The notes beneath the pieces were generated by a model. That model searched no databases. It had not been told where the DNA came from and was given only the letters and a program-made list of their open reading frames with translations. Positions 48,709 through 57,125 of a stretch of DNA of 64,000 nt are shown here, piece after piece. Position numbers and translations under genes: made by a program. How positions within the stretch are numbered: the stretch's first letter is position 1; each line of letters starts with the position of its first letter. The stretch spans positions 2,710,234 through 2,774,233 of the forward strand of contig NZ_CBDBOM010000003.1 of the NCBI RefSeq assembly GCF_965208355.1. The letters run 5' to 3'. Source of the stretch: Candidatus Poriferisocius sp. GTDB taxonomy: Bacteria; Actinomycetota; Acidimicrobiia; Acidimicrobiales; Bin134.

Positions 48709-49580
48709 CGTCCCTTGGGGTGCCAGACGGTCTTGGTCTCGCAGAAGGCGTCGATGAGATAGGGGCTCTGGGCGGCCTCATCAGCCCACTGCCGCTCTGC
48801 GGCCGATGCGCTCACCACCCGGGTGATGGTGGCCGCGGCCTGGCGGGCCGCCGCCGCGCCCTGTTCAGAGTCGCAACCGGTGAGGTCCAGCGAATCCACC
48901 GCCACATGGCCGGCCAACGGGGAGACCAGCTCACCGCGGTGGCCGGTGATGATGTTGACCACCCCAGCGGGCACGTCGCTCAGCGCCAGGGTTTCGGCCA
49001 GGGTGATGGCGGCCAGCGGGCAGCGCTCGGAGGCCAGCACCACCGCGGTGTTGCCCGACACGATCACCGGGGCCAGCCGCGACACCAGCGGAAGCAGGGG
49101 AGGCTCGTCGGGGGCCACGATCCCCACCACTCCGGTGGGCTCGGGCACGCTGAGGTTGAAGTAGGGGCCGGCCACCGGGTTGGCCCCGCCCAAAACGGTG
49201 GGGAACTTGTCGGCCCAGCCGGCGTACCACACCCATCGGTCGATGGCTGTGGCGGTCTCTGTGGCGGCGGCTTCCTCCGAACACCCCTCGGTTGCCCGGA
49301 GCACCTCGGCGCAGAACTCGTCGCGGCGCGACTCCATGACCTCGGCCACCCGGTAAAGGATCTGGCCTCGGTTGTAGGCGGTGCGCCCAGCCCAGCCTGC
49401 TTGGGCCGAACGGGCCGCGGCCACCGCGTCCCGGACGTCTTTGCGCGATCCCTGGACGGCGTGAGCCAAGAGCTCTCCCCCAGCCCCAGTCACCGGATAA
49501 GACCGGCCCGACTCCGAGCGCTCAAACCCCCCTCCGATGAACTGCTTGTAGGTCTTGTTGACCGTTAACCGGCTGCTCAT
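48705..49580 (-). CDS. aldehyde-dehydrogenase-family protein lacking the catalytic domain
   Basis: I start it at ATG 49580 (MSSRLTVNKTYKQFIGG..). The N-terminal/NAD-domain pattern (..DVRDAVAAARSAQAGW.., ..VGIVAPDEPPL.., ..PAGVVNIITG..) is present. ELGGK, the catalytic Cys loop and EExFGPV are absent. Ends ..ETKTVWHPKGR. Confidence 0.75.
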   Translation of the reverse strand: MSSRLTVNKTYKQFIGGGFERSESGRSYPVTGAGGELLAHAVQGSRKDVRDAVAAARSAQAGWAGRTAYNRGQILYRVAEVMESRRDEFCAEVLRATEGCSEEAAATETATAIDRWVWYAGWADKFPTVLGGANPVAGPYFNLSVPEPTGVVGIVAPDEPPLLPLVSRLAPVIVSGNTAVVLASERCPLAAITLAETLALSDVPAGVVNIITGHRGELVSPLAGHVAVDSLDLTGCDSEQGAAAARQAAATITRVVSASAAERQWADEAAQSPYLIDAFCETKTVWHPKGR

Positions 49581-49585
49581 GCCGC

Positions 49586-49750
49586 TAGTGGTCCGTCCGT
49601 GAATTGGCGGGGCGGATTGCGACGGTAGCGGCGTTCCTCGCAAGGCGCACCGACGCAGCCATACTCGAAGCGTACGGCAAGGAGGAGCAACGCCGCGAGG
49701 GGCGTCGATGCCGAGCAGGGCGTCCTGTCCAATTCACGGACGGACCACTA
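49586..49750. mobile_element. MITE-like non-autonomous element: 20-nt terminal inverted repeats plus TA/TA flanks, 161 bp, no ORF
   Basis: TAGTGGTCCGTCCGTGAATTGG (49586-49607) is the perfect reverse complement of CCAATTCACGGACGGACCACTA (49729-49750). In-silico excision restores an ATGA stop/start overlap between the two ALDH genes (see findings). Confidence 0.55.
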
Positions 49751-51290
49751 ACTCCACATAAGGAAGGAGACCCGCTCGGCCCCCTTCACGGCCGTAACCG
49801 CTCTCCCGGTAGCCGCCGAACGGGCTGGCCGGGTCGAATCGGTTGAAGGTGTTGGCCCACACCACGCCGGCCTGCATCCGGTCGGCCATCCACAAGATGC
49901 GCGACCCCTTCTCGGTCCAGATGCCGGCCGACAACCCATACGGGGTGTTGTTGGCCTTGGCCACCGCCTCCTCGGCGGTGCGGAAGGTGAGCACCGACAG
50001 CACCGGGCCGAAGATCTCCTCCTGGGCGATGCGATGGGCGGTGGACACGTTGGTGAACAGCGCCGGCGGGTGGAAGAACCCCTGCTCAGGCAGCACGCAC
50101 TCTGGGGTGTACAGCTCGGCCCCTTCGGCTACTCCGGAGGCCACCAGCTCGGTGATGCGGTCGAGTTGGGCTTGGGAGTTGATGGCCCCGATGTCGGTGT
50201 TCTTGTCCAGTGGATCCCCCACCCTCAGGGTTTCCATGCGCCGCTGGAGCTTGCCGATTACCGCGTCGGCCACCGACTCTTGCACCAGCAGGCGGGACCC
50301 GGCGCAGCACACCTGGCCGCCGTTGAAGTAGATGCCGTTGACGATGCCCTCGGTCACCTGATCCAAGGCGGCGTCTTCGAACACGATGTTGGCCGCCTTG
50401 CCCCCCAATTCCAGGGTGAGGCGCTTTCCGGTACCGGCCAGCTCGGCACCGATGGCCCGGCCCACTTCGGTCGACCCGGTGAACGCCACCTTGTCCACGC
50501 CGGGATGGGACACCAGCGCGGCCCCGGTGGCGTCGTCGCCGGTGATGATGTTGACCACACCGGCGGGCACCTCGGCGTCGCGCAAGACGTCGGCCAACAG
50601 CAGGGCAGTCAGCGGGGTGGTCGGGGCCGGTTTGAGCACCGCGGTGTTCCCGCACGCCAACGCGGGGGCCAGCTTCCAGGCCGCCATGAGCAGGGGGAAG
50701 TTCCACGGGATGACCTGGGCAGCCACCCCTATCGGCGCGGCCCGGCGACCGCTGAAGGCGTAGTCGAGCTTGTCGGCCCAGCCGGCGTAGTGGAAGAAGT
50801 GGGCCGCAGCCAGCGGGATGTCGAGGTCGCGGGATTCCCGGATGGGTTTGCCCCCGTCCATGGTCTCCAATACCGCGAACTCTCGGGCTCGCTCTTGCAG
50901 CAGCCGGGCCACCCGGTATAGGTACTTGGCCCGCTCCGCTCCGGGCAGATCCCGCCAGCCTCCCTCCCACGCGGCCCGGGCCGCAGCCACCGCCCGGTCC
51001 ACATCGGCGGCGTCGGCCACGCTCACCTCGGCCAACTGCTCCCCAGTGGCCGGGTTGATGGTGGGAGCCAGCGCCCCCGCGGCTGGCTCCACCATTTCGC
51101 CCCCCACAAACAGGCCGTACTGCGAGGCCAGTCGCACGGGGGCGGTGGACTCGGGGGCGGGGGCGTAGTCGAGCGCAAACCCGCTGGCGGGTTCCAATTC
51201 GTGCCCAGAAGACGAACGGTCAGTCAACGCTGAAATCCTCCCGCCGCTGGTAGCGGCCGTCACCGAGCTTGGCCCGCTGCATGAGCACAT
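49734..51290 (-). CDS. aldehyde dehydrogenase (full length); start uncertain (ATG 51290 or TTG 51227)
   Basis: ..FTGSTEVGR.., ..LELGGKAANIVF.., catalytic ..GGQVCCAGSR.., ..EEIFGPVLSV... The last 4 codons and the stop lie inside the inverted-repeat element. Confidence 0.9.
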   Translation of the reverse strand: MCSCSGPSSVTAATSGGRISALTDRSSSGHELEPASGFALDYAPAPESTAPVRLASQYGLFVGGEMVEPAAGALAPTINPATGEQLAEVSVADAADVDRAVAAARAAWEGGWRDLPGAERAKYLYRVARLLQERAREFAVLETMDGGKPIRESRDLDIPLAAAHFFHYAGWADKLDYAFSGRRAAPIGVAAQVIPWNFPLLMAAWKLAPALACGNTAVLKPAPTTPLTALLLADVLRDAEVPAGVVNIITGDDATGAALVSHPGVDKVAFTGSTEVGRAIGAELAGTGKRLTLELGGKAANIVFEDAALDQVTEGIVNGIYFNGGQVCCAGSRLLVQESVADAVIGKLQRRMETLRVGDPLDKNTDIGAINSQAQLDRITELVASGVAEGAELYTPECVLPEQGFFHPPALFTNVSTAHRIAQEEIFGPVLSVLTFRTAEEAVAKANNTPYGLSAGIWTEKGSRILWMADRMQAGVVWANTFNRFDPASPFGGYRESGYGREGGRAGLLPYVELVVRP

Positions 51291-52188
51291 CGTTGAGCAG
51301 GCTGGATGCTCCCAGGCGGAACCGCTCCGGGGTCAGCCATCCTGATCCCAGCGTCTCGCCCACGATCACCAGGTAGTGCCAGGCCTGCTTGGCGGTGCGG
51401 ATGCCCCCGGCCAGCTTGAGGCCCACGGCCCGCCCGGTTTGCTCGGCCATGTCCCGGATGGCTTCGGCCATGCACAGGGCGGTGGGTGGGGTGGCCGAGG
51501 TGCCGATCTTGCCGGTGGAAGTCTTGATGAAGTCGGCCCCGGCCACCATGGCCAGCATGGACGCCCTCCTGATTTGGTCGTAGGCGCCCAATTCCCCGGT
51601 CTCCAGGATCACCTTCAGGTGGGCCGATCCGCAGGCCTGCTTGGCCGCGGCGATCTCGTCGTAGGCCTGTTGGTACCGCCCGGACAAGAACGCCGAGCGG
51701 TTCAGCACGATGTCCACCTCGTCGGCCCCGGCGGCCACTGCCCAGGCGATCTCGGCTAGACGAGCCTCCAGAGGGGCCAAACCGGCGGGGAACCCCCCAG
51801 CCACGCTGGCCACCGCCACCGGGCTGTCGGCCAGCGCCTCGGCGGCCACCGGCACCAACTCGGGATACACGCACACCGCGGCCACTGGCGGCACCAACCA
51901 GTCGGAGGCATCGGGGTGACGGGCTCGGGCGCACAGGGCCTGGACCCGCTCGGGGGTGTCGGCCCCCTCCAAGGTGGTGAGGTCCATCATCCGGATGGCC
52001 AAATCCAGCGCCGCCGCCTTGGACGAGGTTTTGATCGACCGAGTACACAGCGACGCGGCCCGCTGCTCCAGCCCCACCGCGTCCACCGGGGTGATGCGTA
52101 TGCCGGCCACGGCGTCGGCCGGTCCTGCCGGGGTCTCGACGGCAAGCAGATCGGTCACCCGTCCAAGGATAGGGCGGCGGTTCGACAA
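51220..52188 (-). CDS. deoC: deoxyribose-phosphate aldolase (long form)
   Basis: ..MMDLTTLEGADTPERV.., ..LKVILETGEL.., Schiff-base lysine context ..DFIKTSTGK... Confidence 0.9.
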   Translation of the reverse strand: MSNRRPILGRVTDLLAVETPAGPADAVAGIRITPVDAVGLEQRAASLCTRSIKTSSKAAALDLAIRMMDLTTLEGADTPERVQALCARARHPDASDWLVPPVAAVCVYPELVPVAAEALADSPVAVASVAGGFPAGLAPLEARLAEIAWAVAAGADEVDIVLNRSAFLSGRYQQAYDEIAAAKQACGSAHLKVILETGELGAYDQIRRASMLAMVAGADFIKTSTGKIGTSATPPTALCMAEAIRDMAEQTGRAVGLKLAGGIRTAKQAWHYLVIVGETLGSGWLTPERFRLGASSLLNDVLMQRAKLGDGRYQRREDFSVD

Positions 52189-52222
52189 CCGGTCACCCGT
52201 GATCCATGCCTAAGGTGAGGTA

Positions 52223-52846
52223 ATGAGCGTTACGGTCGTCGATCACCCGCTGGTGCAGGCCCGCTTGACCGTGTTGCGTCGAGCCGAGACTCCATCACCG
52301 GAGTTCCGACAGGCCTTGGACGACCTGAGCGGACTGTTGGTCTACGAAGCCTTGCGGGATCTCCCTGCCACCGCCATCAGCATCGACACGCCGCTGGCCC
52401 GAACCTCCGGGGTGCACATCGCCGATCCCCCGCTGCTGGTGCCGGTGCTCCGGGCGGGGCTGGGCATGCTGGACGCGGCCCGCAAGCTGTTGCCAGAGGC
52501 CGCCGTGGGCTTTCTGGGCGTGCGCCGCAACGAGGAGACATTCCAGCCCGAGCCCTATCTCAACACCGTGCCCGACCACCTCAGCGGACAGGCCGTTTTG
52601 GTGTTGGAACCGATGCTGGCCACCGGGGGGTCGCTGGCCTATGTGTGTGGGCGGATGGCCGCAGCTGGGGCCGGACAGATCACCGCGGTGTGCGTGCTGG
52701 CCGCACCCGAAGGGGTGAAGGCACTAGAAGCCGCCGCTCCTGGCGTGAGGCTGTTCGCGGCGGCGGTAGACGAGGGCCTCAACGAGAGGGCCTACATCGT
52801 GCCCGGCTTGGGAGACGCGGGCGACCGCCAGTTCGGAGAGCTCTGA
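52223..52846 (+). CDS. upp: uracil phosphoribosyltransferase
   Basis: ..[15 protein letters not shown].., ..[10 protein letters not shown].., ..[15 protein letters not shown]... Confidence 0.95.
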   Translation: MSVTVVDHPLVQARLTVLRRAETPSPEFRQALDDLSGLLVYEALRDLPATAISIDTPLARTSGVHIADPPLLVPVLRAGLGMLDAARKLLPEAAVGFLGVRRNEETFQPEPYLNTVPDHLSGQAVLVLEPMLATGGSLAYVCGRMAAAGAGQITAVCVLAAPEGVKALEAAAPGVRLFAAAVDEGLNERAYIVPGLGDAGDRQFGEL

Positions 52847-52867
52847 GCTGTTCCGGCTAAGAGAGAA

Positions 52868-53287
52868 TCAGCCGGGTCCGCCGAGGTCGGTTTCGTAAGC
52901 GCTGTACACCACGTCGACGGCGTGGTGATTGAGCTGGTCCACCCGGTGGACGATGTCGGCCATCGACCGTTCCAGGCTGGAGTCGGGCTTTTGGGTGTGC
53001 AGCCGAGCGATCTGCTGTTGCACCGAGGCCTGGAGCTGAACCTGCTCGGTGCGGATCTTGTTCACCTGCGGCACCAGCCGGGGGGCCAGCTCGATGCACT
53101 CGTCGAACAACCCGAGGTCGCAATCCGAGCAGAAACCGGTAAGTGCCCGGCTGAGCTCTCCGAGCTGGTCTTCAAGGCGGTGCACCCAGTCATCGGGATT
53201 GTCAGCAGGCATGCCCTCGGACAAGAGCTCGTGCAGGCCAACCCCTGCTCTATTCAGCTCAACGCGCCAGTCTGTGTTTTCCCCCAT
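52868..53287 (-). CDS. hypothetical protein
   Basis: I start it at ATG 53287 (GAGGAG 6 nt upstream): MGENTDWRVELNRAGVGLHELL... 139 aa, helical, no family recognised. Confidence 0.45.
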   Translation of the reverse strand: MGENTDWRVELNRAGVGLHELLSEGMPADNPDDWVHRLEDQLGELSRALTGFCSDCDLGLFDECIELAPRLVPQVNKIRTEQVQLQASVQQQIARLHTQKPDSSLERSMADIVHRVDQLNHHAVDVVYSAYETDLGGPG

Positions 53288-53414
53288 GGCGATCTCCTCG
53301 TCATCATGTGGGAACGACCACGCTGTCGCTCTTGCGTTCAAGGCCAGCTTAGGCCCGCTCCAACGGAAAACGCCAGAGGACTTTTGCCAATTCTGCGCTT
53401 ACGCCTGGTTGGGA

Positions 53415-55082
53415 CTATCGGGCAGTGGGGCGCAGGATGTCGCCGGGGTGAGCGTCCACGCCGCTCTGATCCATTTCGCCGTCGCGGCGGATGGGGGTGC
53501 CGTTCACCAGCACATGGTTGATGCCCACGGAGGCGTCGGCGGTGAGCCGCTCGGCGTTGGCGGGGAAGTCTCGGATCCGGCGCAGCGGTCCGGGCGCCAC
53601 GGTGTCGGCGTCGAACACCACCACGTCGGCATACGCCCCTTCCCGCAGATAGCCCCGGTCGACCAGGTTGAACAGGTCGGCCTGCACCCCTGAGAGCTTC
53701 CGCACCGCCTTTTCCATCGGCATGAGCTCGCGGTCGCGCACCCAGTTGCCCAAGAAATCGGTGGCCTGGGGAGCATCGCAAAGCTGGCCCACGTGGGCCC
53801 CGGCGTCGGACAGGCCCAGCGTGCAACCGTCCTGCTGCAACAGCATGGCCACACCGTCGGGATCGTCGTTGGCGATGATGCAGCTGATCCGAGTGGTCAG
53901 GTCGTCGGCCACCGCAGTGTCGAGCAGCACGTCGAGGGGGCGCACCCCCAGCTCCTCGGCCACGTCGGTAAGCCGCCGTCCGATCAGCTCGGGCCGGGAA
54001 CCCGTCTCGGCGATCTGGAACGTCTCCCACCGGGGCCGCATGGCCTTTTGGTGCTCGAAGGCCTCCGCGGTCCGGTTGCGCCAATCCTCGTCGTCGTAGG
54101 ACTTGAGCCGGGCGTCGTGGTCCTCGCTCATCAACGCGGCGAACTCGGGGTTCACGTTGAGGGTGAACGGGTCGGACATCACCATCTGGAAGGTGAGGGG
54201 GCGAGGAGTGACCTGGGGCCACACCTGGATCCCCTTCTCCCATGCCTCCCGGTTCTTGGCTGCGCTCTTCTCGTGGTTCCCGTTGGGGAAGGTCAACAGG
54301 GCGCCGTAGGTGAACGGCACGCCCACCTGAGGCTGCAACGCGTACATATCGTCGATGCCAATCTGCTCGCCGGGAGCAATCGACACCACTCCCCGGCGCT
54401 TTTGGCCCAGCACGCCGATGAGGGACTCGAACTCATCACGGGTGGCGAATCGGCTGGGAATGGGAAGACCGTCGGCGCCCCGGTGGGTCATGGCAAAGCT
54501 GGTGGCCAGCCCGGCCGCCCCGGCGTCGATGGCCTCGGCCACCACCTCCACCATGCGGGCCACCTCCCCGTCGGTGGACGCCCGCTCGTAGGCCTCGTCG
54601 CCGACCACGAACAGCCGCAATGCGGTGTGGCCGATGTAGGCCCCGAAGTTGAGGGCGATGCCCCGGTTAGAAATGGAGTCCAAATACTCGGGGAACGTCT
54701 CGAAGTCCCAGGGGATGCCCTCGGCCAGGCTATCCACGTTCATGTCCTCAACGTTTTCCAGCGTGCGGGCAATGAGATCCTGATGGCGGGGCCGGGTGGG
54801 CGCGATGGAGAAACCGCAGTTGCCGGCAATCACCGAGGTCACCCCGTGGTAGCACGAGGGGGTGAGCGCCGGGTCCCAGAACACTTGGGCGTCGTAATGG
54901 GTGTGGATGTCGATGAAGCCGGGGGCCACCACCTGGCCGCCGGCGTCCAATTCGACCTTGCCGGACAAGCCTGAACCGATCTCACTGATGCGATCCCCGG
55001 TGATGGCGACGTCGGCCTCCCGTCCCGGCTCGCCCGAGCCGTCCACCACAACTCCCCCGCGAATGACAACGTCTGCACTCAT
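53415..55082 (-). CDS. N-acyl-D-amino-acid deacylase (D-aminoacylase) family amidohydrolase
   Basis: ..VVIRGGVVVDGSGEPG..ADVAITGDRISEIG..VVAPGFIDIHTHYD.. signature. 555 aa. Confidence 0.85.
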   Translation of the reverse strand: MSADVVIRGGVVVDGSGEPGREADVAITGDRISEIGSGLSGKVELDAGGQVVAPGFIDIHTHYDAQVFWDPALTPSCYHGVTSVIAGNCGFSIAPTRPRHQDLIARTLENVEDMNVDSLAEGIPWDFETFPEYLDSISNRGIALNFGAYIGHTALRLFVVGDEAYERASTDGEVARMVEVVAEAIDAGAAGLATSFAMTHRGADGLPIPSRFATRDEFESLIGVLGQKRRGVVSIAPGEQIGIDDMYALQPQVGVPFTYGALLTFPNGNHEKSAAKNREAWEKGIQVWPQVTPRPLTFQMVMSDPFTLNVNPEFAALMSEDHDARLKSYDDEDWRNRTAEAFEHQKAMRPRWETFQIAETGSRPELIGRRLTDVAEELGVRPLDVLLDTAVADDLTTRISCIIANDDPDGVAMLLQQDGCTLGLSDAGAHVGQLCDAPQATDFLGNWVRDRELMPMEKAVRKLSGVQADLFNLVDRGYLREGAYADVVVFDADTVAPGPLRRIRDFPANAERLTADASVGINHVLVNGTPIRRDGEMDQSGVDAHPGDILRPTAR

Positions 55083-56101
55083 AGGTCAGAGTTTCCCACG
55101 CGAAGCTCGAACGCGCCTGTTCGGGCTCCCGAATGCACCACTGCGCCCACGTCGATCACCCGGGGTCCCTGGCGCACCACCCGCAGCGAAGCGGTCTGGC
55201 CAGCGTGAAGGCGACGGCTGCGCTCACCGTCGAAGGCCAACAGGCACGGTCCATCCACTTCGACCGGGGTGTCGAGATCCAGATACTCACTTCGAACCAA
55301 GCCAACCGCGGCGAACCACCCCGGGGCCAAAGCGGCCCTTATCAGCCGGGCTGGATATTGGCTGGGAGGCGCAAATTCCAACACCACCCCGCGTTCCTCG
55401 ACGGAAGGGCACGGCAGCACCGTTCCAGCTAGGCCGCTGAAGCCGATGGCGGCCGGATCGGCCTGGGTCAGTACGCCAAGCATCATGGTCTCGGGATCGA
55501 ACAGCTCCAGCGAACCCACATAGGGGTCGTCCACCGCGATCGCATCCACCAGCGCCATGTCGGTCTCGGTGCCGGTGTCACCACCGGTCACCTCCACCGC
55601 CACCACCTTGGCCCGGGCCGAATGGGCCATGAGGCTCACTGCACCGGTGGCAACAAGTCCCGCGGCCACGCCGGCCACGGTGGGCTCAACGTGGACGGGA
55701 AAGGCGTTGTTGGTTCCAGTAGAGATCGGGATCAGCGGCGCGTCGGGCCATCCCAGAGCCAGCGCCCGATTGGTGCCGTCTCCCCCCAGGCTGACCACTG
55801 AGCCGCATCCGGCGTCCCGCATCGCCCGGGCGGCGTCCACCGAATCCCGCTCGTTGTGGTGAAGGGGCAGGTCGAGAAACGCCACCTTCAGGGGCAGGTG
55901 GAGGTTCTCGGTGGCGCGCCGGGTGATGGAGAACGGATCGCGGGTCAACACCACCTCCTCGGCACCCGCTTCGGTCGCTCCGTGGATGATGCGGCGCAGA
56001 ATGCTGACCTTGTCCTCGACGGTGGACGAGCCCGCACTGGTGAGCAGGCGGCGCACATCGCTGCCCGAACGCGGGTTCACCAAGATGCCGACAGTGGACA
56101 C
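55079..56101 (-). CDS. ATP-NAD kinase family (AcoX-like) protein
   Basis: ..VGILVNPRSGSD.., ..VVSLGGDGTNRA.., ..ISTGTNNAFP.. motifs. ATGA overlap with the downstream D-aminoacylase gene. Confidence 0.7.
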   Translation of the reverse strand: MSTVGILVNPRSGSDVRRLLTSAGSSTVEDKVSILRRIIHGATEAGAEEVVLTRDPFSITRRATENLHLPLKVAFLDLPLHHNERDSVDAARAMRDAGCGSVVSLGGDGTNRALALGWPDAPLIPISTGTNNAFPVHVEPTVAGVAAGLVATGAVSLMAHSARAKVVAVEVTGGDTGTETDMALVDAIAVDDPYVGSLELFDPETMMLGVLTQADPAAIGFSGLAGTVLPCPSVEERGVVLEFAPPSQYPARLIRAALAPGWFAAVGLVRSEYLDLDTPVEVDGPCLLAFDGERSRRLHAGQTASLRVVRQGPRVIDVGAVVHSGARTGAFELRVGNSDL

Positions 56102-56275
56102 TCCTCCATGTTGTCAGCATCAGTCCAGCGCGTGGTTGTCGTTGCCAGCATCCATTCAGAATATGGTCATTCACCGACATTCACAGTTCTCGGTACAAGA
56201 CGGTGATCGTTCTTTTTTAGGTTTTGGGGCGCGTTGCGTATTGTTGTGGGCCACTGGTTCAGAGGAGGTGCCGCC

Positions 56276-56821
56276 ATGCGCCGGGCCCAAGTGTTGTTGA
56301 TGGTGCTGATGTTGGCTGTGTTGGGCGCGGCCTGCGGCGGAGGAGGAGGAACGACTTCGGAGGATCGCCCGATCGGCGTGGACTCCGACGAGTTGGTCAC
56401 CGCCACCATCGCGGTCCCGGAGCCGACCCTTCCCCCCACCCCCACACCTACTTCAACTCCAGAAGCGTTCATCTACGTCGTGCGTGAGGGCGACACGCTG
56501 GGCAGCATCGCCGACGAGTTCGGCATCACCTGGCAGGAGATCGACGCCGTCAACGAGTTGGAGAACCCCAACGTTTTAAGCATCGGCCAGGAGATTGAGA
56601 TTCCCCAGGACGCGCCGGTGGTGCTCAACAGCGACGGCACCGTCCGCCCCGGCGAGCGCACCCACATCGTGGTGGCTGGCGACACGTTGCTGGACATCGC
56701 CCTTCAGTACGGCAAGACCCTGGATGAGGTACTCGAGGCCAACAACATCACCGCAGCCAACCTGATCCAGGTCGGCCAAGAGCTCATCATTCCCCCCGAC
56801 GCAGAAGAGCCCGCGCCTTAG
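56276..56821 (+). CDS. LysM-domain lipoprotein (two LysM repeats)
   Basis: ATG 56276 with AGAGGAGG upstream. MRRAQVLLMVLMLAVLGAACGGGGG.. signal/lipobox. LysM 1 is YVVREGDTLGSIADEFGITWQEIDAVNEL..IGQEIEIP. LysM 2 is HIVVAGDTLLDIALQYGKTLDEVLEANNI..VGQELIIP. Confidence 0.85.
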   Translation: MRRAQVLLMVLMLAVLGAACGGGGGTTSEDRPIGVDSDELVTATIAVPEPTLPPTPTPTSTPEAFIYVVREGDTLGSIADEFGITWQEIDAVNELENPNVLSIGQEIEIPQDAPVVLNSDGTVRPGERTHIVVAGDTLLDIALQYGKTLDEVLEANNITAANLIQVGQELIIPPDAEEPAP

Positions 56822-56879
56822 TGGTTCGACCGACGACCAATAGATCAGTGCGTTGTACGAGCCCTGGTCGAACAGCAGG

Positions 56880-56895
56880 TTGTGGATATCCACAA
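56880..56895. promoter_or_regulatory. perfect 16-nt palindrome TTGTGGATATCCACAA (two inverted near-consensus DnaA-box-like half sites)
   Basis: Read directly. Lies in the 106-nt spacer between the LysM gene and the small Cys-rich ORF. Each half (ATATCCACA) matches 8 of 9 positions of TTATCCACA. Confidence 0.35.
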
Positions 56896-56927
56896 TTTCG
56901 GCACACCGCGCTTCTAGTGTGGGATAC

Positions 56928-57125
56928 ATGGCCGCTCCGGCTCGTGCATGGCTTCTTGCGCCCAAGGCAAGGCGCAAAGCCACCATGTGGTGTCCTCTTT
57001 GCGATGTCACCTGGTGGGGCACGGCGCGCGACACCTGTTGGTCGTGCCGCCAGCACACCGCCACCACCCCGGCCCCGACTGCCAACGTTCGCGTGCTAGC
57101 TGCCAGCACAGTTGGCGAGTCGTGA
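56928..57125 (+). CDS. small Cys-rich (CxxC...CxxC) protein; start uncertain (ATG 56928 or 56985)
   Basis: ..MWCPLCDVTWWGTARDTCWSCRQH.. is a zinc-ribbon-like pair of CxxC motifs. Its stop overlaps the next start as GTGA. Confidence 0.4.
   Translation: MAAPARAWLLAPKARRKATMWCPLCDVTWWGTARDTCWSCRQHTATTPAPTANVRVLAASTVGES

Noticed and set aside
49581-49733. ORFs inside the inverted-repeat element: MAASVRLARNAATVAIRPANSRTDH, and the TTG-49643 extension of the short ALDH.
   Set aside because: They are short, have no Shine-Dalgarno sequence or family resemblance, and run through the repeat arms. The ATG at 49580 gives the expected ALDH N-terminus.
56102-56275. Possible cyclic-di-AMP (ydaO-type) riboswitch upstream of the LysM lipoprotein, as is often found before actinobacterial cell-wall genes.
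   Set aside because: I could not find the conserved G-rich cores or the pseudo-two-fold helices in the 174-nt spacer. It looks like an AT-richer divergent promoter region. A covariance-model scan would settle it.
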